A DNA stretch of 64,000 bases from contig AP026131.1 in assembly GCA_030295235.1 (NCBI GenBank), positions 992,001-1,056,000 on the forward strand. The letters are read 5' to 3'. Under the pieces are notes generated by a model. The model was not told where the DNA came from and did no database searches. It saw only the letters and a program-made list of their open reading frames with translations. Position numbers and translations under genes: made by a program. Origin of the DNA: Fistulifera solaris (lineage: Eukaryota). The first letter of the stretch is position 1. Every line of letters starts with the position of its first letter. Below are positions 21,607 through 34,569 of the stretch, piece after piece.

Positions 21607-24600
21607 ATGAAGCATTCAAGAATTCATTTCATGCGAGTACTGCTGTCATTGTCGTTGCTCGCGATAGGTCAAGCTTGGTCGTCCTATTTCATAGGTACAC
21701 GCCTTCAATGTAATGCCGTACACAGCACCTCTAATTTGTATATGCGCAAACAAAAGCCAGTGACAAGCGCACCTCACGACGACAAAAGGAAGGACCGCAA
21801 TTGCTCGAAGTCCTACCAACGACAATTACCGCCTCGCCGATGCAAAATCAGGCGTGGACACAAAAAGTGATGATTCAAGAACCTTCATCCGATTCGAATG
21901 GAGGAGGTCGTCAAAGATCGCGCAAGCGCAGTAATTTATACAATCGAATGGCTCGGTATCACAATACGTTTTTGAATGCCCTGACGTTGGAGTACAAAGC
22001 CGAGGTAAGAATACAATTCATCGAGCCTGCAACGCATCATTTCTAAAGTGACTCATCCACGTACACACACCTCGACAGGAAGAACAAGTATTGGGTCGCA
22101 TCAAGGCGAGTCTTGAAGATCCTTTGGGTCTCGAAACAGCGGGGCATTGTTTCTATGATATGCAAGGAGAACGAAGGGGGAATTTGTTTGCCGACGAAGT
22201 CTACCGATTGCACAAAGCCGCGGATGCCACGACCCTGTATACACCGCCGGATGAGAATTCCGCGGCGCAGGCGCGTTACTTGCCTCCGAATCACAAATTT
22301 GCGATCAATGATGTCATTTTACTGACGTTACAACCCTCAGGGAGTGGGGACTTCTTTTCCATTAATTCGTTACCGACGAGTGAAACGGCAATCTCGGTCG
22401 AAGCCCGCGTACTCAACATGGGTCCGACATATTTGGATATTGTGGTTCCGGCGGGGAGCTTTCCAGCGGCCTTTGGGGCTGCACCCAACGATTATGCGGC
22501 GGGCGAACCGAATCGGGAAAGCCGGATTCGGGTGGATCGTTTCTTTTCCAATGTTCCTTATCAGAGAATGGTCAGCGCTTTGAGTATGCTCACCAATATT
22601 CCCGCGAAAGCGTCCGAACCCAAGGAGAAACTCGATCCGGCCTTTGACATGCACATGGACCATGTCTTGCGCGAAGTCATATTACAGACGTTTTCGGGAA
22701 GAGAGGGCCCTAATCGTGTGCAAGAGCTGGTATGTTTGTTGATTTTGATTTTCGAAAGAAAGCTTCTACGCTGTTCTCACTAATTTTATTCAGATTAATC
22801 TTGTTTCCAAAACCAGCCATGGGTAACTCGATTGCTACCGCTCGTTTGATCATTAAGTATATCAAATCGAATTCGAAAGGAACGTTTCCCACTTTCAACA
22901 CTCCGCAACTTATGGCAGTGGAAGCTGCTTTGACACAAAGACTCACGCTAATACACGGGCCGCCAGGATCTGGCAAGACGACAGTGGCTGCTGCCATCGC
23001 TTTCGGTTTTGCCCATCAGTGTCGTTCGATGTCATCACCTCACAGTAAAGTTCTGGCGTGTGCCTTTAGCAACGTTGGGGCAGATAATTTGGCCGAGGCT
23101 ATGAGATCCAAGCTGGGATTAAAAGTAATCCGCATCGGTAAACCTTCAGCTTTATCGGAAACTTTGTGGGATGTTACATTAGATGCAGCCATTGACCGCG
23201 ATCCAGATGCGCAGAAGGCTTTGCGCGTAGCCGCCAAAGCAACCGCAGCATTGACGGAATTTCAGAGAAACAAAAAATCAGCGTCAAATAGTGCCAGCGA
23301 AAGAGCTTTGCGCGAAGCCGCTACCGCAGCTGTGAAGGCGTCCATCCAGGCATGTAACTTGGCGGCCACCAAAGCTCTTCGTGAGGCAGATGTCATTGTA
23401 TCGACTTCGACGGGTGCAGCAGATCCACGTCTTCTTGCTGCTTGTGGTATCCCTTCATCGGAGGCAGAAATTGATGACAAAAACAGCAACTCTGACGTGA
23501 AAGGAAGCAAACCTTTGGCTTCCTCTGGCGACCGCTTGCCTGCCCCAGATGGGTTACCTCCACTTTCGCTGCCATTTGTGCTTATTGACGAGGCTTGCCA
23601 AAGTGTGGAGCCGGCATCGCTGATTCCAATTGTTTCCAGCGATACTTGTAGGTCGTTGGTGTTACTGGGGGATCCCTGTCAGCTTCCTCCAACTGTGAAG
23701 AGCCTCGACGCGTCCGATCTGTCATTATCGCTAATGGAGAGACTAGCTGCTATTCTTCCTCCTTCTCTTTCTGTCAGCAATCTCAAGGACGATTCAAAGC
23801 AACACGATACATCTTACATAGACTCCCTTTCTATGAAACAAGCCAAGTCGCTTCTGAGATATCGTGACATGAACAGCGAGCAATCGTCTTATCGAAAACG
23901 TTTCTCTGGGTCTTTGTTGCTATCTGTGCAGTACCGCATGCACCCATCTATCGCCGCTTTTCCATCTGCAGTATTCTATGACGGCTTGTTGTCTACACCG
24001 TCTTTTATGGCCCATCAAAGATCATTTCCCAAAGTTCTCGCTGAAAATATGCCTTGCGCTGATGGCTCCCTTTGTGTTCGTGTCGTGGATGTTGGCGGTG
24101 GGTCGAACGAAAACCAAGGGTTACCCACACGGTTTTCGAAGACAGTGTTTGGGTCAGCGTCTGATCCTTCGTTATCTTTGGAAGACCAAACAACGTACTG
24201 GAATGAAGCTGAGGCGGAAGTCGTACTTTCGCTTATTCGCGACATAGTTTTCGACAAATCAAAGGAGGTACAGAGTATCGGGGTTATTACACCTTACCAA
24301 GGTCAGGTGCAATTACTAAAGTCGATGATTGCAGGGAGTCCAGCTCTTCGAAAAGGCTTGGCGGAGAACCAGGTCTCCATTGAAGTCAAGTCAGTGGACG
24401 GTTACCAGGGTAGGGAGCGGGACGTGATCATCTTTTCGGCTGTTCGATCGAACCGGCAAGCGCGAATCGGTTTTGTGCGAGACTGGCGACGTATGAATGT
24501 CGCTTTGACGCGTGCGAAAGCGGGGCTTGTGATTGTAGGCGATCTCGATACGTTAGCGGAAGCTGACAAGCACTGGGACGGATTACGGAAATGGGCATCC

Positions 24601-24657
24601 GGTGTTCGATGTATCATCGATGACAGCGACGGTCCCGATGAGGAACCAAGTCAGTAG
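21607..24657 (+). CDS. SF1 helicase, UPF1/DNA2/NAM7-like (introns 22005-22078 and ~22730-22793; frameshifts)
   Basis: IHGPPGSGKT, SNVGAD, IDEACQ, GDPCQLPP, QYRMHPSI, VDGYQGRE and RMNVALTRAK. Confidence 0.9.
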
Positions 24658-25687
24658 AGAGCAATGGAGAATACCATGGCCATAAATGTTTGATTGAGGA
24701 ACGAACCAGAATAGTTGTTTTCGATCTGTACAAATCTGTGTGTCTACTAACGTTTCTACTCAGTAGCATCTTTATTTCTTGTTTTTAATCAAAACTGCTA
24801 CAGCGTAAAATATTTTCGTGCTAGCTACCTATTGATTTTTAATCAGGAGGTGCTGACTCGTATAGATTGATCGATCAAAGAGGATCATCGCTAGTAATAA
24901 AGTGATACGGCATATGAGCTTTTGCTAGGACGCCTAGGTTTCTTGCTCCTAGTTTGGGTACCGGTACGGCTTTCTTCAAGCTATTACGTCTCGTTCTCGC
25001 GATCTTTTTTTTTTCATTTTTTTGTAACCGACGTCTATATGACGATGACGATGGATGACGATGCAATCAATTCAGCATTGTCGGTAATTCAACTGCAAGG
25101 TGTTCTATACATTCAAATTTGTCATTGGGAATTGCAATTGAAGCGAGCCGGTCAAGCCGAGATATCTTTTCATTATTTTATTCGCCAACATCTTGAAATG
25201 CATTTTTGTGTTCGAAGAAGTTTCCTTCTGCAGTTGCGGCAAAAGCTTGAAGGGGCACGGTCGTTCACTTCAACTGGTTTTTCCATTTGCTTTTGTGAAG
25301 TGAAATACCTTTGGCGCGCCAGTAGTGATACTGAATCTCAGAAGATTTTAAAGCTAACCACATGGATCTTTGACGTAATTTGAGGTAATGCTTGTAAATC
25401 TGAAGCACCTATAACAGCCTACAAAGGTGCTGCTGTCGACTCCACTCGAAATTTGTTGAAGAGGGTATGAAGAAACTTCCAAAGAGGAAATGGTCGAATG
25501 AGTGCATGAAAATATCACCATTCAAATAACGTTTTACATGGATCACACATACCGTCAGAACAGCACACACATGAACGTTCGAAGCGCCGAGGTACGCCCA
25601 GCCGACTGAGGAAATTTCTTGTTTTGCGTCCCAACGATCTACTCGAAATGAAATCGTCGCAAATGCTCTCAAAAAAGTCAAAATACC

Positions 25688-27058
25688 ATGATTGCTGCAA
25701 CGAGCCCGCAACAAGTCTATCGTTCGAACCAGTCTCGTATATCCGAGCACCCACCTGGACGCAACTTTGCTAGGTCGGCTCCATCGATGTGGGAAATTGG
25801 ACGGTCGAATGCAATTCGGGGCCCTTTGTCGAACGCTGAAAACCACGAAATTATGCGGCGAGAGCCGGAAAGGGACTTGTATCGAGTGATGCATCAACCT
25901 CCACAGCCTTTAAGAAATGACGCAATTGATTGGAAGCACAAGACAAGCCTCGAAGGACCTTATAGCAGGCATCCGAGTGATGCACGCTGGAGTCAAGCAG
26001 TCAATGCACCTCCTATGCGTCATTCTTCTCCGGCCTGGAATGTTCATCCGCGTGTTCCTATGGACGTTGAGCAATCCGAGAATGCTGTTCGTCGCGCACA
26101 GAACCCAAGTGTTAGAGGTTTTTATCCCGGTGTGCAGTATCAGCAGCAGCAACAGCACTGGCACCGATTTCTAGAAGCACGTCACAATGGCAAGTTGGAA
26201 CGAAGCAGTCAAGGACACCCAGCTTGGTCTACAACGGGTACTAACGTTCCCAGTTTAGTTATTCCGTCGGCAGAGACATCCACCTCGGCTCTGCAACTGA
26301 ATGACAACTACAAGCGACCCCTTTCATCCGTTCAGATGAACTCCAACAAAATGCCGAGGGGTCTCAACAAGCTTGATCTCCTTTGCAGCGCCACACTCGA
26401 AATTGGTCCTCTTCACGATAATCCGATGGGTTGCTCCTGTCCTAAGTCAAAATGTGTTGCTCTCTACTGTGACTGCTTCAAAGCCGGACGACGCTGCAAC
26501 CCTTCCACTTGCAGCTGTTTGGATTGCAAGAACACTATTGCGGAAAGTGGTCCGCATGGAGCGCGCACAGCTGCGATTCGATCCATTCTTGCGCGAAACC
26601 CACGTGCGTTCACAAATGCTGGTGTAGGGACACCTAAAGTAGCACCCGGCCAAGTCGCTTGCAACTGCATTCGCAGCAAGTGCTTAAAGCTGTACTGCTC
26701 CTGCTTTCAAAACGGGAAAGTTTGTGACACCAAAGTATGCACATGCGTGGACTGCTTCAATACATTAGAGAATCCAATGCGGAAACAAGCCGTCGAACTT
26801 TGCCTAGAGAAGCGACCAGATGCCTTTGTGACGAGGACACGAGAACCTGGTTTAGGTTGCGCCTGTAAGAACAATCGTTGTATTCGAAAATACTGTGATT
26901 GTTTCCGGTCGAGTCTTCCGTGCAGCAGCCGGTGCTCCTGTCGGCAGTGCGCGAATACAGACGACACCGCAAAGCATCGAGATACCCGCGAGGACGAACT
27001 AGAAAAGAAAGATAGTGCCGGGAGTCCAGAGAGCCGACTCGACTCCATTTCGGTATAA
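25688..27058 (+). CDS. Tesmin/TSO1-like CRC (CXC) domain DNA-binding protein
   Basis: Three CXC units (CSCPKSKCVALYCDCF, CNCIRSKCLKLYCSCF, CACKNNRCIRKYCDCF) with linkers RNPRAF and KRPDAF. The 5' end is uncertain. Confidence 0.9.
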   Translation: MIAATSPQQVYRSNQSRISEHPPGRNFARSAPSMWEIGRSNAIRGPLSNAENHEIMRREPERDLYRVMHQPPQPLRNDAIDWKHKTSLEGPYSRHPSDARWSQAVNAPPMRHSSPAWNVHPRVPMDVEQSENAVRRAQNPSVRGFYPGVQYQQQQQHWHRFLEARHNGKLERSSQGHPAWSTTGTNVPSLVIPSAETSTSALQLNDNYKRPLSSVQMNSNKMPRGLNKLDLLCSATLEIGPLHDNPMGCSCPKSKCVALYCDCFKAGRRCNPSTCSCLDCKNTIAESGPHGARTAAIRSILARNPRAFTNAGVGTPKVAPGQVACNCIRSKCLKLYCSCFQNGKVCDTKVCTCVDCFNTLENPMRKQAVELCLEKRPDAFVTRTREPGLGCACKNNRCIRKYCDCFRSSLPCSSRCSCRQCANTDDTAKHRDTREDELEKKDSAGSPESRLDSISV

Positions 27059-27345
27059 AGTTAGTGAAATGGAGAACAAACGTATGCTGACAGGCCTATC
27101 GGAACCCGGCTCCTCACTGCACATGATAGATAATTGTCATCCCATCCTAGGGGTGCGTTAGATATAACAAAGGTTTACACATAATTTCTCACTCTTGCAA
27201 CCAGCTGGGTCGTTTGCAATGGCTCCTGACAAGAGTACTATTCATATTTGTGCATCACTGGTGGCATAATTTCTTTACTTAGAATTAATTACGCAGACAA
27301 GGTACAAAGATGCTGGCAGCTCGGAAAAGCAAGAGAATGATTCAT

Positions 27346-28908
27346 CTACTTCTGCACTTGCGACCACAACCATTCCGGTGTCACCGACTTGGGTCGTTCC
27401 AACGGCAAACCCAAGGCGCGATCCCAGTAGAGTTGTGACAAGGCGCCCACGGCGCGGCTGACACCGAACAATACCGTGTAGTACTGATATTGGAGTGAAT
27501 CCGTAGTGCCACAGCAAAACTCCCGAATGACTGTCCACGTTGGGGTAAGGATTCGCGACCTTTCCATGCTCCTTTAAGATGCCCGGCATGACTTGGTAAA
27601 TTGTATCAACCAATTTGAATAAAGGGTCATCGGGGATGTGCTTGAGAGCAAATTCGCGCTGACAAGTGTAACGGGGGTCTGTTTTTCGTAACACAGCGTG
27701 TCCGTAACCAGGAATGACTTTTCCAGCTTTCAGCGTTTCCCATGCAAACTCGGTGATGGACTCAGCGTTGACTTCTTTTCCTTCTGCATCGAACTTTGAC
27801 TTTAGTTCTTGAATCCATTTGAGCACTTCCTGGTTCGCCAAACCGTGCAGAGGTCCTGCCAGTGCATTTAAACCTCCCGAATAGGACAAGTACGGATCAC
27901 TGAGGGTGGAACCCACCAAATGAGTCGCATGCGCACTGGCGTTGCCACCTTCATGATCGGTGTGGATGCACAAATAGAGACGCATCAGCTCATCGAACGA
28001 CGGATCGTCGTATCCCAACATACGGCAGAAATTACCCGAATAGTCCAAAGACAAGTCTTTGTCCACCGTTCCGTCAAAGTACACATTGCGGTAGATTGTA
28101 GCAGCAATTTCGGGAAGTTGTGCAACGACCGACAAAATGTCTTCGAGGGCATGCAAATGATACTCCTTCTTGGGGACACCATCCGCGTACGCTTTGGAAA
28201 ACTTGGACTCAGTCTGGGCCGCCATCAAACCGATCGACAGCTGCGTCATGGGATGCATCTGTTTGGGCAGACTGTTGAGAAGAGGAACGACGTGGGCCGG
28301 GAGTGTCGAACGCGCGTGCAACTCGGCCGTCAATGAATCGGCTTGTTCCTTGGTCGGAACTTCTCCCGTCAAAAGCAACCAAAAGAGTGACTCCAAAGAG
28401 GCTCTCCATCTCCCGTCTTGCCCGAGTACGTGGGCAAAACGGCTTGACATTCCGGAATGGTCAATCCACGAAAGCGAATACCCTCTTCGGCATCCAGATT
28501 GGACGTTTCCCACAGCATGCACTTGACGCTGCGGGCACCTCCGATACACTGATCAATCGTGACATTCCCAATCACGTGAGATCCGTGTTCCTTCTTGAGT
28601 TGGGCCAATTTAGCTTGCTTTTCGGGGACTTGCGCTGCCAAAGTCTCTTGTAACGTCGTGATGGAGCGGACGGACGTTTTGGCGAAAGACGAAGAAAGCG
28701 TCTATGATATTCAAGTTGAAATGAAGGCGATAAACAACCGGGTGAGTTGTGTAATAAGTCACAAAAGTATACAGCAATGGGTGTAGGGGTGAAAAAAGCA
28801 TTCCGTTCGCACCGTTGGCTCTCGTGCGAACGGAGAAGGCCAAAAAGTTGTGAAGCGGCTCACCTTTCGCGAAAGCGCGCTCGCAGATTTCGAAATCATG
28901 CGGTTCAT
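27346..28908 (-). CDS. CS: Citrate synthase, mitochondrial (intron 28702-28863; frameshifts near 28395 and 27495)
   Basis: [56 protein letters not shown] and ERPKS. Confidence 0.95.
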
Positions 28909-29189
28909 TGCTTCAAATATTATATTGGTAAATGAAAAAGAGATTATCCAATAAGCTTGTGAATGATCTACGAGCCCGTCAGAGACGCAATTATTGATGG
29001 ATCTTTTTAGCGGTCGGGAAGAAAAACAGCGAAACTTCTCTTTTTTCGCTTCGGTCTTTTTTTCGGCGAGTGTTGAATGCAAGTCACTAATTTTTACTCA
29101 GTAATTACGTACCAGGTAGTAGACGTGAATGAAAGTGCCGCGCCTAGGCTTTCTAGCTCTGATAGAGATGGGGATAAAATAGATGCCCT

Positions 29190-29470
29190 TGACTATAGTA
29201 TAAAGTGTATATCCACTTTTGCGCGACTGGATTTCAGTCACGAGACGCTATGTGGTGTGGTTGTGCGATTGTTCGCTTGAGTTTTATAAACACTTGTAGA
29301 CCTTTCCAAACGTAGTATAATATTGCAAAGGTACGTTCTACAAATTTTACATTATATGTGGTGATATCATAAAGGAACCAAGTCGAAAATTCTCGGAACT
29401 GCTCACATCTTCATTTACTATAGTCCCAAAGTGTTAGTTTACAGCAGACGCGACTGGACTTCAGTCACAG
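29190..29470 (-). repeat. Family-A unit (2 boxes, ~225-bp spacing), reverse orientation
   Basis: ACTATAGTATAAAGTGT..CGACTGGATTTCAGTCAC at about 29192-29241 and TTTACTATAGTCCCAAAGTGT..CGACTGGACTTCAGTCAC at about 29414-29468. Confidence 0.8.
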
Positions 29471-30182
29471 AGAATAGGTTGTGCGGCTAATCGTTGCTCG
29501 CATGAGCCATCGTCGCCCGTTGCTTCAATTGCTGTAGAGAGACTAAACGCAGACGTTAACAAACAGGTTAGACGAGTTCGCGTTTAGCCTTTAGCAATGA
29601 CTCTTCAATTCATTCACGATGACACGCAAGGCGAAAGAGAACGCGAACGCCGATGAGTACATTTTGAGTCACTGTAACTTTGGAAGGAGAAACCCTTTGA
29701 TGTATGTAGTTTTTTATTATGGAGTTACATACCGCTAAGCATTTACCACCCCTAACTAACTAATACCGCATCAATGGTATCGCGAACTCCGCCTGCCAAG
29801 ATGACAACCTCGTGTCAAACACACACTGCAAAGATTTCACACCGATGCCCTCAAATAGCCGGTGACTGACACCTCATTCCCACTTTTGGCATTGGTGGAA
29901 CAAAAGGGAAGTGAAGCAACTGTTCCATACACTGGCGAAGCTTCCCTATTCCCAGGTTCGCACAGTAGAAAACTCAAACGGGCATAAGGATAGCAGCCAT
30001 TTGTTTGTGACGTTTGACACCCTTTCGTCTCAAAAAGTGAGACAACAGTATCTTATAAATCCCATCAATCAAAAACAAACACAAACGAAAGTGTTTAGTC
30101 AAGCAATCCCCGCTAGAGTCTCCAGGGGCGAAGAGAGGAATACTTCAAGAAAGATCGGTCGTTCGAAAGAAAGGATATCGAA

Positions 30183-31853
30183 ATGGCAAATGCGATGTTA
30201 GAAGATGACTTCAAGTCATCGCACCCTGACTTGTCATTGTTTGGGGAGACCCAAAGGAAGGAGGAAAACGCCATACAATCCAAGATTCCGAATCGAAAAT
30301 CTGTGGAATTCATTATTGATAGTCCACCGGCGAAGCGCCATCGTCCCAATGTTAATTTGACGGCCAAGCAAATAGTGAACGGTACGTCAAAATCAGACAA
30401 ACCTTTGAATCTCTGTCATAATGATGCTCATACATAATCCTTGTTCCTATCTACAGCCATCAGTACGAGCATAACAATGAAAGAACGCTTGGAAAATATT
30501 CAAAAAGCCAAAGATGCGTTCGATCATGATATCCAAGCCGTGCACGACGATGAAATTACGGCCGGAGCCGATTCCGCGCTCGTCAAGCATCTGACGTTTT
30601 TGGCATTTCACACACAACAACAAAGTGAAGATTTGGCCGAGCTTTTCAGCGAGATCACTTGGACATGTGATACTTTGGAATCTATTTTGCGGGCATCTTC
30701 CGAATCCGTGGAACTTTGTTTTGAACGCATGGGGCACCAGATTATGCAGTTGTTGGTCGGGCTGATTGACAACGAGCTGTCGAGAAGGACGGCACTGGCA
30801 CGAGAACTAAATGATGACGACCGGGGCAGCGAAACTCCGGACCTTGATACTGACTCTCGTACTACAGATGATAGTCCTCCCAAGGTGGACCAAATAGCTA
30901 CGCCGGAAGGAGACTTGTTATTACGAAAGATTTGCAAAATATTTGGGCATTTTGCGCGCGTTGGTAAAGCCACCAAGCCCATGGCGCATTTTCCTGGTTT
31001 GTTGGGAGTCTTGCTCAGTGTCATCAGCTTTCGTCCCTATCAAGTTATTCCCTGGGAGTCGCGTCTATCAGCTCTGTGGACCATCGCAAATTTGGCGTGC
31101 AACTCGGAAAACATGCAAATGATGGCGTGCGCACCACGCTTCATTGAATCGTTGCTCGAGGTATCATGCAGGCCTTTACATCCAGGAGACACGCTAGAAA
31201 CAACCATGGAGGTGCTACGATCACGATCACTTGTTGCACGGGCTGTCTTGAACCTTTCGTGGTCACCGGAGAACAAAATTATCTTATCGGAGCACGGTCC
31301 GCTTTTGGATCTTTTACTTGAACTTACGGTTCACAGAACTGCTCCTTACGGTCAAAGCCGCACCGTTAGAGGCGTCCTGCTTTCGTCGCGTCAATTTGCT
31401 GTCGGAGCGCTGCGCAACCTAGCTGCGGCTCCTCGTCGTGTCAAACTTTATCTCTGCCAATACAATAATGGAGCTGTACTCGATACGCTCACTGACGCTA
31501 TCTTAAATGATACGGACGATGGAGTGAAAGATCGAGCAATCGCTGCAATTCACAATTTGGCTGTACACGATACTGCGTCCCTCTTGGCCCAGCGACAAGC
31601 TCTTGTGCTGATTTTGAAAGATGTCTTGTTGTCGAGCGAAACGCCGTCGGAACTAAACGAAGGCAGCAGAAAATCACATGCTTCCGCAACACTTCTGGTT
31701 TTGGAACGTTCCATAACCCCTGAAATGGATTCCTTTGAAAATTTACAGACTTTATTATCAGCAGTTCATCCGAGTGCAACCGGAGAAAGGGACGAGAAAA
31801 GTTTAACCAGCAGCAGCGATGGTTTGGATGCAGTCGAAATGTCCGCGGTCTAG
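30183..31853 (+). CDS. Armadillo-repeat protein (intron 30382-30456)
   Basis: ARM-type helices ALWTIANLACNSEN, AVLNLSWSPENK, AVGALRNLAA and AIAAIHNLAV. Confidence 0.8.
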
Positions 31854-31995
31854 ATCACTTGCACCAAAGAACGCATTCATTTAATTTTTATCATTCAATT
31901 TTACTTATAGAAAAAATTACAGATCATTGTTCTTTGATACTGATTGTTGCAACAATGAACAAGAGTACCAATGGATAACTACAGTTTATAAAGAT

Positions 31996-33696
31996 TTATA
32001 GTAGAGCCAACACAAAGAGGCCTCCGATCAGAAGGAACCCTGCAGCAGCTTCCACGTCTATGAGCTCCTCGTTCTTCCAGCCAGCGTACAAAAAGTTGAA
32101 TTGAACTGTGAAGAACAGAGGGAGAATGGGTTGCATCATACGAGTAACAATACCTGCATAGTTAAAGTTCTCAAACACGAGTTTGCCATCTTCATCACGA
32201 GTGACTTTTGCAGGCGTGTCAAAACCCCGAATGATAATATCTGATGCAAAACGCGACAACCCCTGGACCGCGGCGGAACGGATGAGACGTCGCGTTTGAT
32301 AATGACGCAAAGCATCATTGAGTTGGGAGCGTTTGGTGGCGCGTCGAAGTTCTTGCGAAACAACAAGGGCGTCTTCAATCGCCTGACAACCACCCTGTCC
32401 CAAATTCGGCATCATCGCGTGCACACCATCCCCGAGAAGAGCTACATGACCATCCGTCCAAGGTTGGAATACAGAAGGAGGTCGATCATACAAATCACGC
32501 TGCTCAATTTCCTCCTCTTTGGTGACTCGAAGAATACTGTGAATCTCCTCGGACCACCCATCGAAGATGCCTTGCAGGTAGGCAGATGAACCATTCGGTT
32601 TCGGTTCCGTCTCGGCAGAGTTAGGAGGTCGAGCCAAGAAGGCATACCATTGGTATCTACCTTGGCCAATATCCGTGATAACAAAGTACTTTTGAAAGAC
32701 GCAACACATGTCAGATTGCCGAGGATCCTCTTTTGAAACTGCAGGATGTCGACACGTACCTGATTGGGTCCAATGTAGACCTTGTACCCCACTTCGCCGT
32801 GATCCGGTGAATCATAATGCAATTCCCCCGCATACACGGTGTATCCGGAATACGTCGCCCCCGATTCCTCGCCGCGGGCCGCCGAGCCTCTCATGGTGGC
32901 GCGCACTTCCGACCAAATGCCGTCGGCACCAATGAGAACATCGGCGTACATTTCCTTGCCCGACTTGGTTCGGACTTTGACGAGACGACTGCGTTCATCC
33001 TTGGATTTGACCTTTTCGTATTCAACCACTTTATCACCCGTGCGGACCGTTCCGGAAGGCAGGGCATTGAGTTGAATTTGCTGTAAATCGGATCGATCAA
33101 TCACTCCCGTATAAGGCATGTTGCGACGTTCCGCGGGGGACGCGAGATCGAATTTGGCATACCATTCTGTGCGTTTGCCGTCTTTGATGCCGTTCGTCTT
33201 ATCTCCCGTGAAGGTGAATTTTTCCATAATATTCGCGTACACATCCTTGTCGATTGTTTTCATGGCTTCCAATGCATTGCTGGCTAATTGAATGGGACCG
33301 CCGAAGCGACGAAATTCGGAGGTTTGTTCGAGTACAGTAACTTGAATGGGCAGTCCTTCCTCTTTGGCTTTTTTACACAAATCGTTCGCCAGCGCCAAAC
33401 CTCCGATACCGGCTCCGGCGACAACGACTCGAAGTGGATGCTCCGCGGTAATGGCGTCGGGGACGTCGAGCTCGTCACTCACAATATTGGAAGACATTCC
33501 CGAACCGGGAGGAATTGTCATCGTCGACATTTTGAGCGAGAGAGAAGTCCTGCAATCATCACTCATTCAGTTTTTGACCCTAAAACGACGGAATTGACTT
33601 TCTCAAAATTTCTTACCTAGATGACAGGCGATCCACTCCAAACGAAGTTACGGATTGCAAGAGAAAACATGTAACAGTTGAAACGATGAGCTTCAT
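31996..33696 (-). CDS. ZEP: Zeaxanthin epoxidase, plastid-targeted (introns 33550-33616 and 32689-32759)
   Basis: Signal peptide MKLIVSTVTCFLLQSVTS-F; GAGIGGL, GGPIQLASNAL, GADGIWSEVR, YSGYT and LLGDGVHAMMPNLGQGGCQAIED. Confidence 0.92.
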
Positions 33697-34569
33697 GATG
33701 TTGTGAACGATGAGAAAGGCAGATTGTCAACTCAATATTCTAAACTCTCACGCTCCTCCGTCGGCTGCAACTATACGCAATTGCGAACTCCGGTGAGGTT
33801 ACAAAAAGAATGGCTTGTTGGTTGCGTTGGGTCTTCGGCGAAACAATAGTTTTGTCACAATGCTATTACGTCTGCAGTCTGCCACTGCCAGCCCAGCAGC
33901 ATTCTCTCGGCGAAAAAAGCACCGCAGCGCACGCTTTTGCACACGGAAACAACGAGCATGACCAAACTGCATCCGGTCCACGTGGTCGATGTTTGTATCG
34001 ACTACATTGTACAGTCCGGTACTCGAACAGCTCCCCCTTTCCGAACGGATGTGGCTTGGGAAAGGATGACGTGTCCGCGCGGCGCGCGCCGCGCTTTTTG
34101 TGTCCTGAGTGTTCTGACTCATGAATCCATCGTCATCCCCCATTTCTGTGAGTGACGCCCAACTCGCGTCCATGGTGACGTTTCATTCGAATTTCCGATC
34201 TTCTTCTTCCCAAATTTTGTGGGAACTTTCCGCTTGGGTGGAATTTGACGTAAGAAACCAAGTCAGAAACACCATCATAGTCACAGTACTTAAGACGTAT
34301 CACAGTGTCTTACCGGTTAATAATAGTACTAGACGGATGACCGTGACCAAAAAACCTTCTACTTTATAGTGAACTGCCAATGTCGCTTTACAAAACTGTG
34401 TATTAACAACAGCTTTACCGCGCATCTACGCGGCAACAAATGCCGAACACCGAACACTCCCTTCGTCGTCCAAAAAGGTTTATCGACTTCCTTTCTCCCA
34501 ACCATGCATACAATCTGTCTTGTTCTTTGATTTCATTTTCGCCCCTCCAATTCGAAAGAATTGTGAAAC

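Noticed and set aside
24875..25897. ORFs upstream of the CRC gene
   Set aside because: No recognisable motifs and UTR-like composition. A small upstream exon is possible but could not be spliced in frame convincingly.
27275..28641. Frameshifts in citrate synthase, HMG-CoA lyase, WS/DGAT, XMAP215 and others read as pseudogenisation or programmed frameshifting
   Set aside because: Those examined are single-base indels in short homopolymers of otherwise intact, conserved genes. This is best explained by uncorrected long-read errors; short-read polishing would confirm.
34330..34375. Additional family-A boxes at ~34365 (TTTATAGTGAA) and ~44640 (CTATAGTGA)
   Set aside because: Only the TATAGT part is present, without the hairpin or ACACTTTG; too weak to call.
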